Source: a bacterium (GTDB lineage: Bacteria > UBA8248 > JACPRG01 > G963555815). Taken from it: a DNA stretch of 64,000 bases. The stretch lies in the NCBI GenBank assembly GCA_963555815.3, contig CAUVWX020000002.1, forward strand, positions 448,001 to 512,000. Reading direction: 5' to 3'. Below are positions 1 to 9,930 of this stretch, one piece after another. The notes under the pieces were generated by a model. The model was not told the DNA's origin. It ran no database searches and was given only the letters and a program-made list of their open reading frames with translations. The translations under genes were made by a program, and so were the position numbers. Numbering within the stretch: position 1 is the first letter of the stretch; each line of letters begins with the position of its first letter.

Positions 1-190
1 GCTCCCGCGTGAGGGCACTTCCGTCATGGTCGAGAATGGCAATTTCCACATTGCGGACCTCCTGGGTCGCGGCGTATCCGAAGATGATGAGCTGGAGGAT
101 GGGGGCGAGGATGAGGAGGATGATATGGCCCCGGTCCCGCCTCAGAGCCCAAAACTCTTTTCGGGTCACCACCCACAGCTGACGCCACAC
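1..190 (-). CDS. ABC-2 transporter permease (YbhR-like), 5' part only; runs off the window start
   Basis: Not in the ORF track. Manual minus-strand translation from GTG at 190 gives MWRQLWVVTRKEFWALRRDRGHIILLILAPILQLIIFGYAATQEVRNVEIAILDHDGS..., paralogous to the start of the upstream permease. Confidence 0.85.
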   Translation of the reverse strand, partial: MWRQLWVVTRKEFWALRRDRGHIILLILAPILQLIIFGYAATQEVRNVEIAILDHDGSALTRE

Positions 191-234
191 GGGAAAACCA
201 ACCTCCGCGACTTGGACCGGTCGGAGACTTTCTC

Positions 235-1380
235 CTAGAGGTACTTTTTAAAACGCATGACGTTTAAAATCATCATGAATGCCGAGAAGGCGGCCAGAAA
301 CAACGCCTGGGGCCAGAGGATCTGAAAGCCGATTCCCTTCAAAAACTCCCCCCGCAGGATCTGCAAAAAATATGTGGCGGGGGAGAGGTGTGCGATCCAC
401 TGGAGGGGTGCCGGCATGCTCGCGATAGGAAAAATGAATCCGGAAAGATAGATCGATGGGAGAAGGCTCACGAGGACCGCCATGGTGAAGGCGCCCTGCT
501 GAGTCCGGGCGACGGTCGAGACAAATAGACCGATCCCAAGGCCTGAGAAGAGAAAAAGGACGGCATAGCCCATCAGCCCCAGGAGGGAACCCTTCAGGGG
601 AACTCCGAAAAGGAGGGTTCCGACCCCGATAATGAGCATCACATCCACCAACGTCACCCACGAGAAGGGAATAATCTTCCCGAGAAGGAGCTCCATCCGG
701 GAAAGGGGCGTCACCAGGATCTGCTCGATGGTCCCGCGCTCCCGCTCCCGGACAATGACCCCTGCCGTGACGACGGCCGTGAGGAACATCATGATGACCC
801 CAATGAGGCCCGGGACGAAGAAGAGAGTGCTCCGCAACTCGGGGTTGTAAAGGATGCGGGAACGGAGCTCAATGGGCCGAAGGCGCTCGGGGTCAATGGC
901 CCCCCGCTCCTCGATGGCGGCCACCGTCACCCGAATGGCATACTCCCGAGCGATCTGGCTCGCGTAGCTTAGGGCGATGTTCGCCGTATTGGAGTCAGAA
1001 CCGTCCACCACCAGCTGGACGGAGCCCGGTCGACGCAGCTGGAGGTCTCGAGAGTAGCCAGGCGCAATCACCAGGGCGACCTTGGCCTGGCCGGCGTCCA
1101 GGCTATGCCTGAGTTCCTCATAACCCTGGACCTCTCCCAAGATCCGGAAATAGTCCGAGTGGCCAAAGCCCCGGGCGAAGGAGCGGCTCTCAGCGGTCCG
1201 GTCTTGGTCGAAGACAATGAGGGGAATGTGACGGACGTCGGTCGAGATGGCGTAACCATAAATGAGGAGGAGGAAGACGGGGAAGACAATGGTCAAGACT
1301 AAGGTCATGGGGTCGCGACGGAACTGTTGCAACTCCTTTCGGACGAGCGCGTAGAAGCGATAGCTCAAGAACCCTTTCAA
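235..1380 (-). CDS. ABC-2 transporter permease (YbhS-like)
   Basis: KE..Q..RD N-terminus, VDGSD, NP and RERERGT.E motifs, multiple TM segments; operon context. Confidence 0.9.
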   Translation of the reverse strand: MKGFLSYRFYALVRKELQQFRRDPMTLVLTIVFPVFLLLIYGYAISTDVRHIPLIVFDQDRTAESRSFARGFGHSDYFRILGEVQGYEELRHSLDAGQAKVALVIAPGYSRDLQLRRPGSVQLVVDGSDSNTANIALSYASQIAREYAIRVTVAAIEERGAIDPERLRPIELRSRILYNPELRSTLFFVPGLIGVIMMFLTAVVTAGVIVRERERGTIEQILVTPLSRMELLLGKIIPFSWVTLVDVMLIIGVGTLLFGVPLKGSLLGLMGYAVLFLFSGLGIGLFVSTVARTQQGAFTMAVLVSLLPSIYLSGFIFPIASMPAPLQWIAHLSPATYFLQILRGEFLKGIGFQILWPQALFLAAFSAFMMILNVMRFKKYL

Positions 1381-2384
1381 GAGTGGTTCTCCTTGGTGAG
1401 GCGAACAAAGATGTCCTCAATGGAGGGCTGGATGATCCGGGCCGTCTCGATGCGAAGACCCTCGGCCCGAAACTCTTCCAAAAGAGAGGGGAGCTCTTGT
1501 TCCGCCTTGCTCAAGATGAGGTGCAGGCTCGGGCCATAGAAGTTCATGTCCCGGATCTCCGGACGTCCCTTCAGCCGATCGAACGCGTGGCGCAGGTCAG
1601 GTCCTTCCAACTCCACCAGATCTCCGTCGAAAGGCTGCTCCTTCAGTTCTTCAGGGGCCCCGCAGGCCACGAGCCTTCCCTGATGGATGAAGCCGATGGT
1701 GTTGCATCGCTCGGCCTCCTCCATGTAATGGGTCGTCACAAACAGGGTCACCCCCTCGCCGGCCAGGCCATAGAGGATGTCCCAGATCTGGCGCCGGGAG
1801 ACAGGGTCAATCCCAGACGTAGGCTCATCCAGGAAGAGGATCCGGGGCCGGTGCACAAGGGCGGTGGCAAGGGCCAGGCGCTGTTTCCATCCGCCCGAGA
1901 GGTTCCGGGCGAGCTCGCCCCGCCGATCCTTCAGGGCAAGGGACGCCAGGATCTCCTCTGTCCTCCTCTTCGCCAGCTTTCCTCCCCCGAGGTAGACCCC
2001 GGCATAGAACTGGATGTTCTCGGACACGGTGAGCTCTTCATAGAGACCGAAGCGTTGGGCCATGTATCCGATCTGCTGCTTGACGGCCTCTGGCTCCTGC
2101 ACCACATCGTGCCCCCCCACCCGGGCACTTCCCGACGAGGGCCGCATAATGGCGCAGAGTATCCTCAGGGTGGTGCTCTTCCCCGCCCCGTTGGGACCAA
2201 GAAAACCGAAGATCTCCCCTTGCCGAATGGCCAGGTCCACCTGGTCGACAGCCACCAATTGGCCAAAACGTTTGGTCAGGCCCCTGGTCTCTATCGCCAG
2301 CGGGGCATCCCCTGCGATGGGTCGCCCTCCGTCAGCGGCGGATGAGGAGTGCGTCGGCGGGAAGGCCGGGCTTGAGGATTCCAT
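1377..2384 (-). CDS. ABC transporter ATP-binding protein (YbhF/DrrA-like)
   Basis: Walker A GPNGAGKS, signature LSGGWKQR, Walker B FLDEPT, TTHYMEEA. Confidence 0.95.
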   Translation of the reverse strand: MESSSPAFPPTHSSSAADGGRPIAGDAPLAIETRGLTKRFGQLVAVDQVDLAIRQGEIFGFLGPNGAGKSTTLRILCAIMRPSSGSARVGGHDVVQEPEAVKQQIGYMAQRFGLYEELTVSENIQFYAGVYLGGGKLAKRRTEEILASLALKDRRGELARNLSGGWKQRLALATALVHRPRILFLDEPTSGIDPVSRRQIWDILYGLAGEGVTLFVTTHYMEEAERCNTIGFIHQGRLVACGAPEELKEQPFDGDLVELEGPDLRHAFDRLKGRPEIRDMNFYGPSLHLILSKAEQELPSLLEEFRAEGLRIETARIIQPSIEDIFVRLTKENHS

Positions 2385-3501
2385 CTGGATTATTCACCTC
2401 CACCTTCACCCCGAAAACCAGATTCACCCGTTCCTCCTTGGTCTGGATATTCTTTGGGGTGAACTCAGCCTCCTGGCGGATGAAGACAACTCGTCCGGGG
2501 AACTGGCGCCCTGGGTAAGCGTCCACCTCGACCGAGGCCTCATCCCGCAGGCGAATCCGGCCGAGATCCCGTTCCGGGACATAGACCCAAAGCCAGACCT
2601 TTCTGAGGTCGGACACCGAGACGATTGGCATGCCCACCGTCACCACCTCACCCGGCTCCTGGAACTTCTCCGCCACCACCCCGCCGATGGGCGAGTAAAG
2701 AAAGGCATCCCGGATCCGGGCCTCGATGAGGTCAAGCCGACGAGCGGCCTTCTTGACACGGCTCCGCCCGACGGCCACCTCCTCCTCCTTGAGCGGAATG
2801 AGGGAAAGATCGGCCCGCACCATGGCGAGCTCGGCTTGGGCCGACTGTTCTTGGGCCCTAGCCGCGTCGATGTCCTCCTTGCGTGTCCCCTGGACCATCA
2901 TGCTGAGCCGGTTTTGGGCGGCCCGGAAGCGGGCGAGGGTCTGATCGTACACAGCCTGGGCCCCGTCCAAGCGCTCTTGGGGCACGACCCCTTCGGAAAC
3001 GAGCCGTTCCATTCGACGGAGGTCCTCCTCCGCCTTTCTCAGGCTGGCCTGGACCTCCCGAACCTCTTCGGCGGCGTTGGCTCGCTCCTCCTCACGCTCC
3101 CCTGCCAGGGCCAGCTCCAAACGGCTTTGAGCATAGGCCAGGCTGGCCTCCGACTCCTGGACGTGGCTCTGGACACGCTGTCGCGTGAGTTCCAGATCGC
3201 GCTTCGCCTGGGTCAGTCGAATACGGACAAGCTCGAGATCCGCTTCGGTCTCCGCCCGCTGGATCTCCAGCTTTTCATGGTCGATGGTCCCCAACAACTG
3301 ACCCACCTCTACGAAGTCCCCCTGCTCCACCTCAAGTTGTATGAGCTTTCCCGCCACCTCGGACCGGATAAATACCTCGGTGCCCTCAATGGTCCCAGAG
3401 AGGGAAAAAGTGGACGAATTAGAGTCTGAGGCTTGGCAGCCGGCCAAGACGATGAGGCACGCCCCGGCAAGGAGAATTGGCCGGGCGATGGGGGATCTCA
3501 T
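2332..3501 (-). CDS. HlyD-family membrane fusion protein (YbhG-like), lipoprotein
   Basis: Lipobox LAGC, long coiled coil, AEFTPKNIQT..ER motif of YbhG-type adaptors. Confidence 0.9.
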   Translation of the reverse strand: MRSPIARPILLAGACLIVLAGCQASDSNSSTFSLSGTIEGTEVFIRSEVAGKLIQLEVEQGDFVEVGQLLGTIDHEKLEIQRAETEADLELVRIRLTQAKRDLELTRQRVQSHVQESEASLAYAQSRLELALAGEREEERANAAEEVREVQASLRKAEEDLRRMERLVSEGVVPQERLDGAQAVYDQTLARFRAAQNRLSMMVQGTRKEDIDAARAQEQSAQAELAMVRADLSLIPLKEEEVAVGRSRVKKAARRLDLIEARIRDAFLYSPIGGVVAEKFQEPGEVVTVGMPIVSVSDLRKVWLWVYVPERDLGRIRLRDEASVEVDAYPGRQFPGRVVFIRQEAEFTPKNIQTKEERVNLVFGVKVEVNNPDGILKPGLPADALLIRR

Positions 3502-3705
3502 TGCCCTTTATCAGGAGACCGTCGGCTCATAAACCTCTCTCTCAAAAGGGGAAACCTTCCCCCCAAAAGAAATCTAGATCCTATCTTCTTGAAAACAAAA
3601 TGATATCACGGAAGGAGGGACCGTGTACTTGCCCGTCCAGAAAAAGCTTAGCCCGGCTGGCCTGGGGGGGGGATCCCGTCCCTTCAAGCCCAGGCCCTTA
3701 GGATT

Positions 3706-3735
3706 TTGACGCCACGTCAGGGTTTTATTTAAGAT
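3706..3735 (+). promoter_or_regulatory. Putative sigma70 promoter for the SGNH-like gene
   Basis: TTGACG-18 nt-TAAGAT about 35 nt upstream of ATG 3770. Confidence 0.5.
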
Positions 3736-3769
3736 AAAAGGCAACTCCAGAAGGGAGTAGAACTTTCTC

Positions 3770-5014
3770 ATGAAGGCTTCTCGTAGGAAGAAAGTGGCAT
3801 TTTTCATACTTCCTCTCATCCTCCTTCTTTCGGCCGAGGGCGCCCAGCGGCTCCGCTTCTATTGGAAGAGCGATGGTAACAGCAAATTTCTCTTCTGGGG
3901 GGGCCCAGGCGAGATTCAAAAGCTGAACCCGGATTTTCGGAAGCTTCCAAGGTGGCTTCCCAAGGGCCATACAGATTTCGAAGGTGTGGTCGATTTGCGG
4001 CCAGGTGATCTCGTCCCGCAAGACGATCGTGTCTTTCGCATAAACAATCTGGGAATGATTGGGGAGGATATTCCTCGGGAGAAGCCGAGTGATTTGAGGC
4101 GTATTCTCGTTCTTGGAGACGTAACAAGTTTCGTAATCTTTGACTCTGAGAACAAATGGCCAGAGGAATTGCAGCAGGTGCTAAATCGTCACGCAAAAGA
4201 GGTGAGATTTCAAGTCCTGAATGGGGCCTTTGAGGGCCACAACTCTTTTCATCTCAAGCACCTATTCTTCCAATTCGGCTGGCTGGATTTAGAACCTGAT
4301 CTAATTATCATTTATAGCGGTCTATTTGATTTCGCCGATCTTATGGAAAATCTCATGGAAGTAAAATCCTTCGAACAATTTCGTTTTAAAAGATTCTTCT
4401 TAAAAGTCAGCGGTTCTATTTCCGATCGAAGTCTTCTCTACGCTACGGTGAAGGAGCGTGTCCTGCGTTATCTCTTTGAGTCTGTTGAGAAAGGCTATGC
4501 GGCGATGGGTGAAATCATACAAGAATCTGAGCTCACCCCTGAGGAAGACGCCCGGCGAAAAGCGAGGATTAGGAAAAAATCTGAGGAGCTCTCGGAGGTT
4601 TTACGTGACTCAAATAAATTCTTTGACAGCGAAGCGTATCAGGAATGGCGAGGCCACTTTGTCAAAAACTTTGACTCGGTCGTGGGCACCGCTCGTGAAA
4701 AGGGGATCCCTGTCATTTTTCTTAAGCCCCCCTTCATCCCTGGGCCCGATACTCCAGAGGGAGCTTTCTGGTGGCGGTACTTCCCGGACACGATCGTTGG
4801 TGCAATCGACGAACTTGTCGCAAGACACGAAGTTCATTCCATTGACCTACAGAACTTCTTCCAGACAGTTCCTGACAAGCGCGCACTCTTCACACACCAC
4901 TGGGCCGGCGGTTTCGTTCATCCATCCAGAAAGGGAGCGCAGGTAATCGCGGAGTATCTGACGAACGAGATAAGGGGACTTGGGCTTTTCAGTGAACAGC
5001 TGTCGGAACAGTAA
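3770..5014 (+). CDS. Membrane-anchored SGNH/GDSL-fold protein with degenerate active site
   Basis: N-terminal TM; blocks RILVLGDV, VLNGAFEG, PDLIIIYSGLFD and VHPS..G occur in SGNH order; lower GC than neighbours. Confidence 0.7.
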   Translation: MKASRRKKVAFFILPLILLLSAEGAQRLRFYWKSDGNSKFLFWGGPGEIQKLNPDFRKLPRWLPKGHTDFEGVVDLRPGDLVPQDDRVFRINNLGMIGEDIPREKPSDLRRILVLGDVTSFVIFDSENKWPEELQQVLNRHAKEVRFQVLNGAFEGHNSFHLKHLFFQFGWLDLEPDLIIIYSGLFDFADLMENLMEVKSFEQFRFKRFFLKVSGSISDRSLLYATVKERVLRYLFESVEKGYAAMGEIIQESELTPEEDARRKARIRKKSEELSEVLRDSNKFFDSEAYQEWRGHFVKNFDSVVGTAREKGIPVIFLKPPFIPGPDTPEGAFWWRYFPDTIVGAIDELVARHEVHSIDLQNFFQTVPDKRALFTHHWAGGFVHPSRKGAQVIAEYLTNEIRGLGLFSEQLSEQ

Positions 5015-5069
5015 CGCCCTTCCATATTCATAAGTGAATGCCCTATTTGGTTCAAATACAGTAACGTCC

Positions 5070-5861
5070 TCAAAAGATCCCCCGAAGTCGGCCTCCGTCC
5101 ACTTGGATCGTGGTCCCGGTGATGTAGCTCCCCTGACTGGAGGCTAAAAAGGAAACCAGATTCGCCACCTCCTCAGGCTCTCCAATCCGACCCACAAGGA
5201 TATCTCTGACCTGCCGCTTCAGGACCTCCTGAAGCGAGATCCCCTGATGGACAGCCTGATGGGTCGCCAGCTCTTGGACCCGGTCGGTAAGGATAAACCC
5301 CGGGCAGATGTTGTTGACCAGGATATGGTCCTTGGCAAGCTCATTGGCGAGGGACTTGGCGAGGGCCGCCACTCCCGCCCGTGAAACGTTGGAGAGGATG
5401 AGATCTTCGATGGGCTGTTTGACCGCTGAGGAGGTCATCAGGATGAGCCGGCCTCCCCCCTGTTCCTTCATGTGAGGGATGGCCGCCCGACAAAATCGAA
5501 TGGCGCTCATCAGGCCGAGATCGATGGCGCCCTGCCAGTCTTCATCAGACCACCTCTCGAACGGCCCGGGTGGGGGGCCCCCCGCGTTAGTGACCAGGAT
5601 GTCGATCCGCCCGAACGCCCGGACAGTCTCTTTCACCAAATGGGCGGGAACATCGGGGAGGCCGACATCAGCGGGAACAGCGAGGACTTGGCCTCAGCCA
5701 AGCTTTTGGATCTCCTGCTCCGTCTTTCGAAGGGTCTCCTCCCCTCGGGCGCAGATGGTGACATTCACCCCCTCGCGGGCGAGCCCGAGGGCGATGGCCT
5801 TCCCCAGGCCTCTGCTGGAGGCGGCCACCAGGCCCGCCTTTCCACTCAACCCAAGATCCAT
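5070..5861 (-). pseudogene. SDR-family oxidoreductase (FabG-like) interrupted by one in-frame TGA at 5694-5696
   Basis: ORFs 5694..5990 and 5070..5639 share a frame: MDLGLSGK..ASSRGLG..IQKLG*GQVLAVPADV..TNAGGPP..SYITG..VDGG. Length is 263 aa if read through. Confidence 0.75.
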
Positions 5862-6075
5862 CTCGTTTCCCCCAAACCCGACCTTGCCGCCCTCCCCTGC
5901 CGGGTGAACTAGCATACTCGATTTTTCCTGCTTTTCCTGCCCAGCGCCGGCGAAAATATCTGGGCCAGAGGGGATTTCCTTTGCATTCATTTCCCCAACC
6001 TACTAAATATGAAATCTTCATAGGCCTCAGAAGCAGAATTCTAATTGCGGGAACCGAAGCGAGGGGGATTTAGAG

Positions 6076-6264
6076 ATGAGCACCGCAAGGCCTAGGCGGC
6101 TCTTCTTGAGAGGGGTCTCTGTAGTCTTTCTCTTGGGGATGCTTTCCCTCCTTTCGGGCTGCACCGGAGGGCGGCCGTCCCAGAGGAACCTCCAAGACGA
6201 AAAGACGCTGGAACAACTCGAGAGGACTCTGCGGGGAGTCGAGGCCAGCGAGACTGCCCAGTAA
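6076..6264 (+). CDS. Small lipoprotein of unknown function (62 aa)
   Basis: Basic N-region, hydrophobic stretch, lipobox LSGC, GAGGGGG RBS-like site upstream. Confidence 0.65.
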   Translation: MSTARPRRLFLRGVSVVFLLGMLSLLSGCTGGRPSQRNLQDEKTLEQLERTLRGVEASETAQ

Positions 6265-6465
6265 ACAGGCTTTAAAGGCCCCTCTCTCAGGCCTCCTTTT
6301 CGTCCCCACAGACAAAACATCTTTCTTCCCAGCACAGGGGTCCCGCCGGGGCCAGCGGGGACCTTTTTCTATTTCAGCTGGGGACTGGGAGTGTATGGAG
6401 AAGAGAGGGGATCTCTGTCCCATCCAGGACACAAATCTAGTACCATACTGGAAACGAGGTGCTGA

Positions 6466-7671
6466 ATGAGTTCTGACAGTTACATCGCCCTTTCCGAGAA
6501 ATATCTCGCCAAGACCTACGGGCGCTTTCCCTTGGTCCTGGTGCGGGGGAAGGACTGTCAGGTCTGGGACGCCGACGACAAGTGCTATACGGACTTCATT
6601 GCCGGCCTCTCGGTCGTCAACCTGGGGCACTGCCATCCCAAGGTGGTGGCGGCCATCCGGGAGCAGGCGGGGACTCTCATCCACGTGTCAAACTTCTATC
6701 ACATCCCCCCCCAGATCGAGCTGGCGCAACGCCTGGTCGAGGCCTCCTTTGCGGACCGCGCCTTCTTCTGCAACAGCGGGGCCGAGGCGAACGAGGCCGC
6801 CATCAAGCTGGCTCGTCTCGTCGGACAGACTCGAAGGGGCCCAGAGTGCTATGAGATCATCACGCTGGAAAACTCCTTTCACGGAAGAACCTTTGGGGCC
6901 CTCTCGGCCACAGGCCAAGAGAGCTACCGAAAGGGCTTTGGGCCCCTTCTCCCGGGCTTTCGATATGTCCCCTTCAACGACCTCGGGGCCGTGGGGGGGG
7001 GCATCTCCAAGAAAACCTGCGCGGTCCTGATCGAGCCCATCCAGGGAGAGGGCGGAGTGGTAATGCCGGACCCAGGCTATCTCCAGAGACTTCGCGCCCT
7101 CTGTGACAAAGAGGAGGTGCTCCTCATCTTTGATGAGGTCCAGACGGGGATGGGCCGGACGGGGAAGCTCTTCGCTTACCAGCATGAGGGGGTCGAACCA
7201 GACATCATGACGCTCGCCAAGTCTCTCGCAGGAGGGACCGCGATGGGGGCCATGCTGGCCAAGGAACCTTATATCTCGGCCTTTTCTCCCGGGACCCACG
7301 CCAGCACCTTCGGCGGGAATTATGTGGCTTCGGCGGCGGCGTTGGCGGGCATGGAGGTCCTTCAAGACGGGATCGTGCTCAAGAACTGCCGCGAGATGGG
7401 CGCCTACTTCAAGGGGGCCCTAGAGACCCTTCGGGAACGACACCCCTGCATCCGCGATGTCAGGGGCCAGGGGCTCATGCTGGGGATGGAGCTGGACCAC
7501 GAGGGGGCAAAATACGTGAAGCACTGCTGGGAGCGGGGTTTCCTCATCAACTGCACTGTGGAAAAGGTGCTTCGCTTTCTTCCCCCTCTCACCATCGGTC
7601 GGGAGGCCATCGACTCCCTGGTGGGCGTCCTTGATAATCTCTTCCTCGATCACGAGAAAGACTCGCGCTGA
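6466..7671 (+). CDS. argD: Acetylornithine aminotransferase
   Basis: Class III PLP motifs NSGAEANEAA, SFHGRT, EPIQGEGG, DEVQTG, LAKSL; adjacent to argF and argG. Confidence 0.93.
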   Translation: MSSDSYIALSEKYLAKTYGRFPLVLVRGKDCQVWDADDKCYTDFIAGLSVVNLGHCHPKVVAAIREQAGTLIHVSNFYHIPPQIELAQRLVEASFADRAFFCNSGAEANEAAIKLARLVGQTRRGPECYEIITLENSFHGRTFGALSATGQESYRKGFGPLLPGFRYVPFNDLGAVGGGISKKTCAVLIEPIQGEGGVVMPDPGYLQRLRALCDKEEVLLIFDEVQTGMGRTGKLFAYQHEGVEPDIMTLAKSLAGGTAMGAMLAKEPYISAFSPGTHASTFGGNYVASAAALAGMEVLQDGIVLKNCREMGAYFKGALETLRERHPCIRDVRGQGLMLGMELDHEGAKYVKHCWERGFLINCTVEKVLRFLPPLTIGREAIDSLVGVLDNLFLDHEKDSR

Positions 7672-7730
7672 GAGGTTTTTGTTATGAAATGTCTCCCTTC
7701 GATTGCTGGCCTGTTTGAGTCCCGCCTGAC

Positions 7731-8657
7731 ATGAAGCATCTTCTTTCCATCAGGGGCCTCGAAACGGGAGAGATTCAGGACCTCTTCAAGAAGGCCCGGG
7801 AGCTCCGAGAGCGCCATCGGCTGGGAAAGACCTACCAGCCTCTTTTGGGAAAAACGCTTGGGATGATCTTCTATAAACCCTCGACGAGGACCCGGGTTTC
7901 TTTCGAGGTGGCCATGTTCCAGCTTGGGGGGCACGCCCTCTATCTCAACGCCGAGGACATCCAGATCGGACGCGGGGAGACCCTCGCCGACACAGCCCGT
8001 GTCCTTTCCGGCTACGTGGACGCCGTCCTCATCCGGACCTTCTCTCAGGGGGATCTGGAAGAGTTCGCCCGCCACTCCTCCGTCCCTATCATCAACGGCC
8101 TCACGGACCAGGCCCATCCCTGCCAGGTCCTGGCCGACCTCTTCACAGTCGGAGAGCATTTTGGGAGACTCGAAGGATTGAAGTTCGCCTACGTAGGGGA
8201 CGGGAACAACGTGGCCCACTCCTGGCTCCTCGCGGCCGGGAGGCTCGGCCTTCACCTCTCCCTTGCAACCCCCAAGGGATACGGCCCCCGCGAGGAGGTC
8301 CAAAAAGAGGTTCTGGCTCTCTCGAAGAAGAGCGGAGCCCGGGTTGAAGTCGGCACCGACCCGGTGGAGGCCGCACGAGGGGCGCACGTCCTCTACACGG
8401 ACACCTGGATCAGCATGGGAAACGAGGCGCAGCGGTCTAAACGCCTGAAAGACTTCCAGGGCTACCGGGTCGATGAGACCCTGCTGGCCATGGCAGACCC
8501 GAAGGCCATCGTCATGCACTGCCTCCCAGCCCACCGGGGAGAGGAGATCTCCGCCGCCGCCATGGACGGACCCCAGAGCGTCATCTTCCAAGAGGCGAAA
8601 AATCGTCTCCACGTCCAGAAGGCGATCCTCGTCAGCCTGTTGAAGGCCACAGACTGA
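7731..8657 (+). CDS. argF: Ornithine carbamoyltransferase
   Basis: STRTR, HPCQ, GDGNNV, TD.W.SMG, HCLP motifs. Confidence 0.96.
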   Translation: MKHLLSIRGLETGEIQDLFKKARELRERHRLGKTYQPLLGKTLGMIFYKPSTRTRVSFEVAMFQLGGHALYLNAEDIQIGRGETLADTARVLSGYVDAVLIRTFSQGDLEEFARHSSVPIINGLTDQAHPCQVLADLFTVGEHFGRLEGLKFAYVGDGNNVAHSWLLAAGRLGLHLSLATPKGYGPREEVQKEVLALSKKSGARVEVGTDPVEAARGAHVLYTDTWISMGNEAQRSKRLKDFQGYRVDETLLAMADPKAIVMHCLPAHRGEEISAAAMDGPQSVIFQEAKNRLHVQKAILVSLLKATD

Positions 8658-8689
8658 AAAGTACCCCGAGCCAGAAAGGGAGAAAAGAA

Positions 8690-9895
8690 GTGAGCCGGGA
8701 AGTAAAAAAGATCGTTCTTGCCTATTCAGGGGGGCTCGACACCTCGGTCATCCTGAAATGGCTGAAGGAGACCTACACCTGTCCGGTCGTCGCCTTCGTC
8801 GCCGACATCGGCCAGGATGAGGATTTCGAGGCCATCAAGGGAAAGGCCGCCTCAAGCGGCGCCGAGAAGTGCGTCGTGGAAGACCTGAAGGAGACCTTCG
8901 TCAAGAACTTCGTCTTTCCCATGCTGAGGGGGGGGGCTGTCTACGAGGGGGCTTATCTGCTCGGAACTTCCATCGCCCGGCCCCTCATCGCGCAGGCCCA
9001 GATGGATCTCGCCCGGCGTGAAGGAGCCGACGCCGTCGCCCACGGGGCCACGGGAAAAGGAAATGACCAAGCCCGCTTCGAGTTGACATACCTCTCTATC
9101 GACCCTGGGATCCGAATCATCGCCCCTTGGCGCGAGTGGGATTTCAGGGGCCGAGAGAGCCTCATGACCTATGCCAAGGCCCAAGGGATACCCGTTCCGG
9201 CCACAAAAAAGAGCCCCTATAGCATTGATCAGAACCTCCTCCACACAAGCTTTGAGGGGGGGGCTTTGGAAGACCCCTGGGCCGAGCCCCCGGGGGACAT
9301 GTATCTGATGACGACCTCGCCCGAGGGGGCACCCGAGCAGCCCGCCTATGTGGAGATTGAATTCGCTAAAGGGAACCCAGTGACTGTGGATGGGAAGACC
9401 CTTTCGCCGGAGGTTCTCCTGGCGAAACTGAACGAGCTCGGGGGTGCCCACGGCGTGGGGCGGGTCGATCTCGTGGAAAACCGCATGGTCGGACTGAAAT
9501 CCCGAGGCGTCTACGAGGCCCCGGGCGCAACCATCCTCCACGCGGCAAGACGGGCCCTTGAGTCCATCGTCCTCGACCGTGAGGTCCTCCACATCCGGGA
9601 CGGTCTGATGCCTAAATATGCCGAGCTTATTTACTACGGCTTCTGGTTTGCCCCGGAACGGGAGATGCTCCAGCGGGCCTTTGACGAGGCTGCAAAGGAG
9701 GTGACCGGAACGGTCCGGCTCAAACTATATAAGGGCCAGTGCGTCGCCGTCGGCAGAAAGTCGCCTCGCTCCCTCTATAGCCAAAAACTCTCCACCTTTG
9801 AGGCCGGGGAGGACTACCGACAAAAAGACGCCGAAGGTTTCATCCGGTTGAACGCCCTTCGGCTCATGATGCGGGCCTCTCGGGACAAGACCTAA
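8690..9895 (+). CDS. argG: Argininosuccinate synthase
   Basis: [35 protein letters not shown] motifs. Confidence 0.97.
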   Translation: MSREVKKIVLAYSGGLDTSVILKWLKETYTCPVVAFVADIGQDEDFEAIKGKAASSGAEKCVVEDLKETFVKNFVFPMLRGGAVYEGAYLLGTSIARPLIAQAQMDLARREGADAVAHGATGKGNDQARFELTYLSIDPGIRIIAPWREWDFRGRESLMTYAKAQGIPVPATKKSPYSIDQNLLHTSFEGGALEDPWAEPPGDMYLMTTSPEGAPEQPAYVEIEFAKGNPVTVDGKTLSPEVLLAKLNELGGAHGVGRVDLVENRMVGLKSRGVYEAPGATILHAARRALESIVLDREVLHIRDGLMPKYAELIYYGFWFAPEREMLQRAFDEAAKEVTGTVRLKLYKGQCVAVGRKSPRSLYSQKLSTFEAGEDYRQKDAEGFIRLNALRLMMRASRDKT

Positions 9896-9930
9896 GAACT
9901 GTGCGCCTTGGGTCACGGGAAGATTTTTCA

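Noticed and set aside
5694..5696. Genome-wide stop-codon reassignment (TGA=Gly/Trp or TAG read as sense)
   Set aside because: Many genes end at TGA (argD, argF, secF, purQ) or TAG (secD, csp, recJ) exactly at their expected C-termini.
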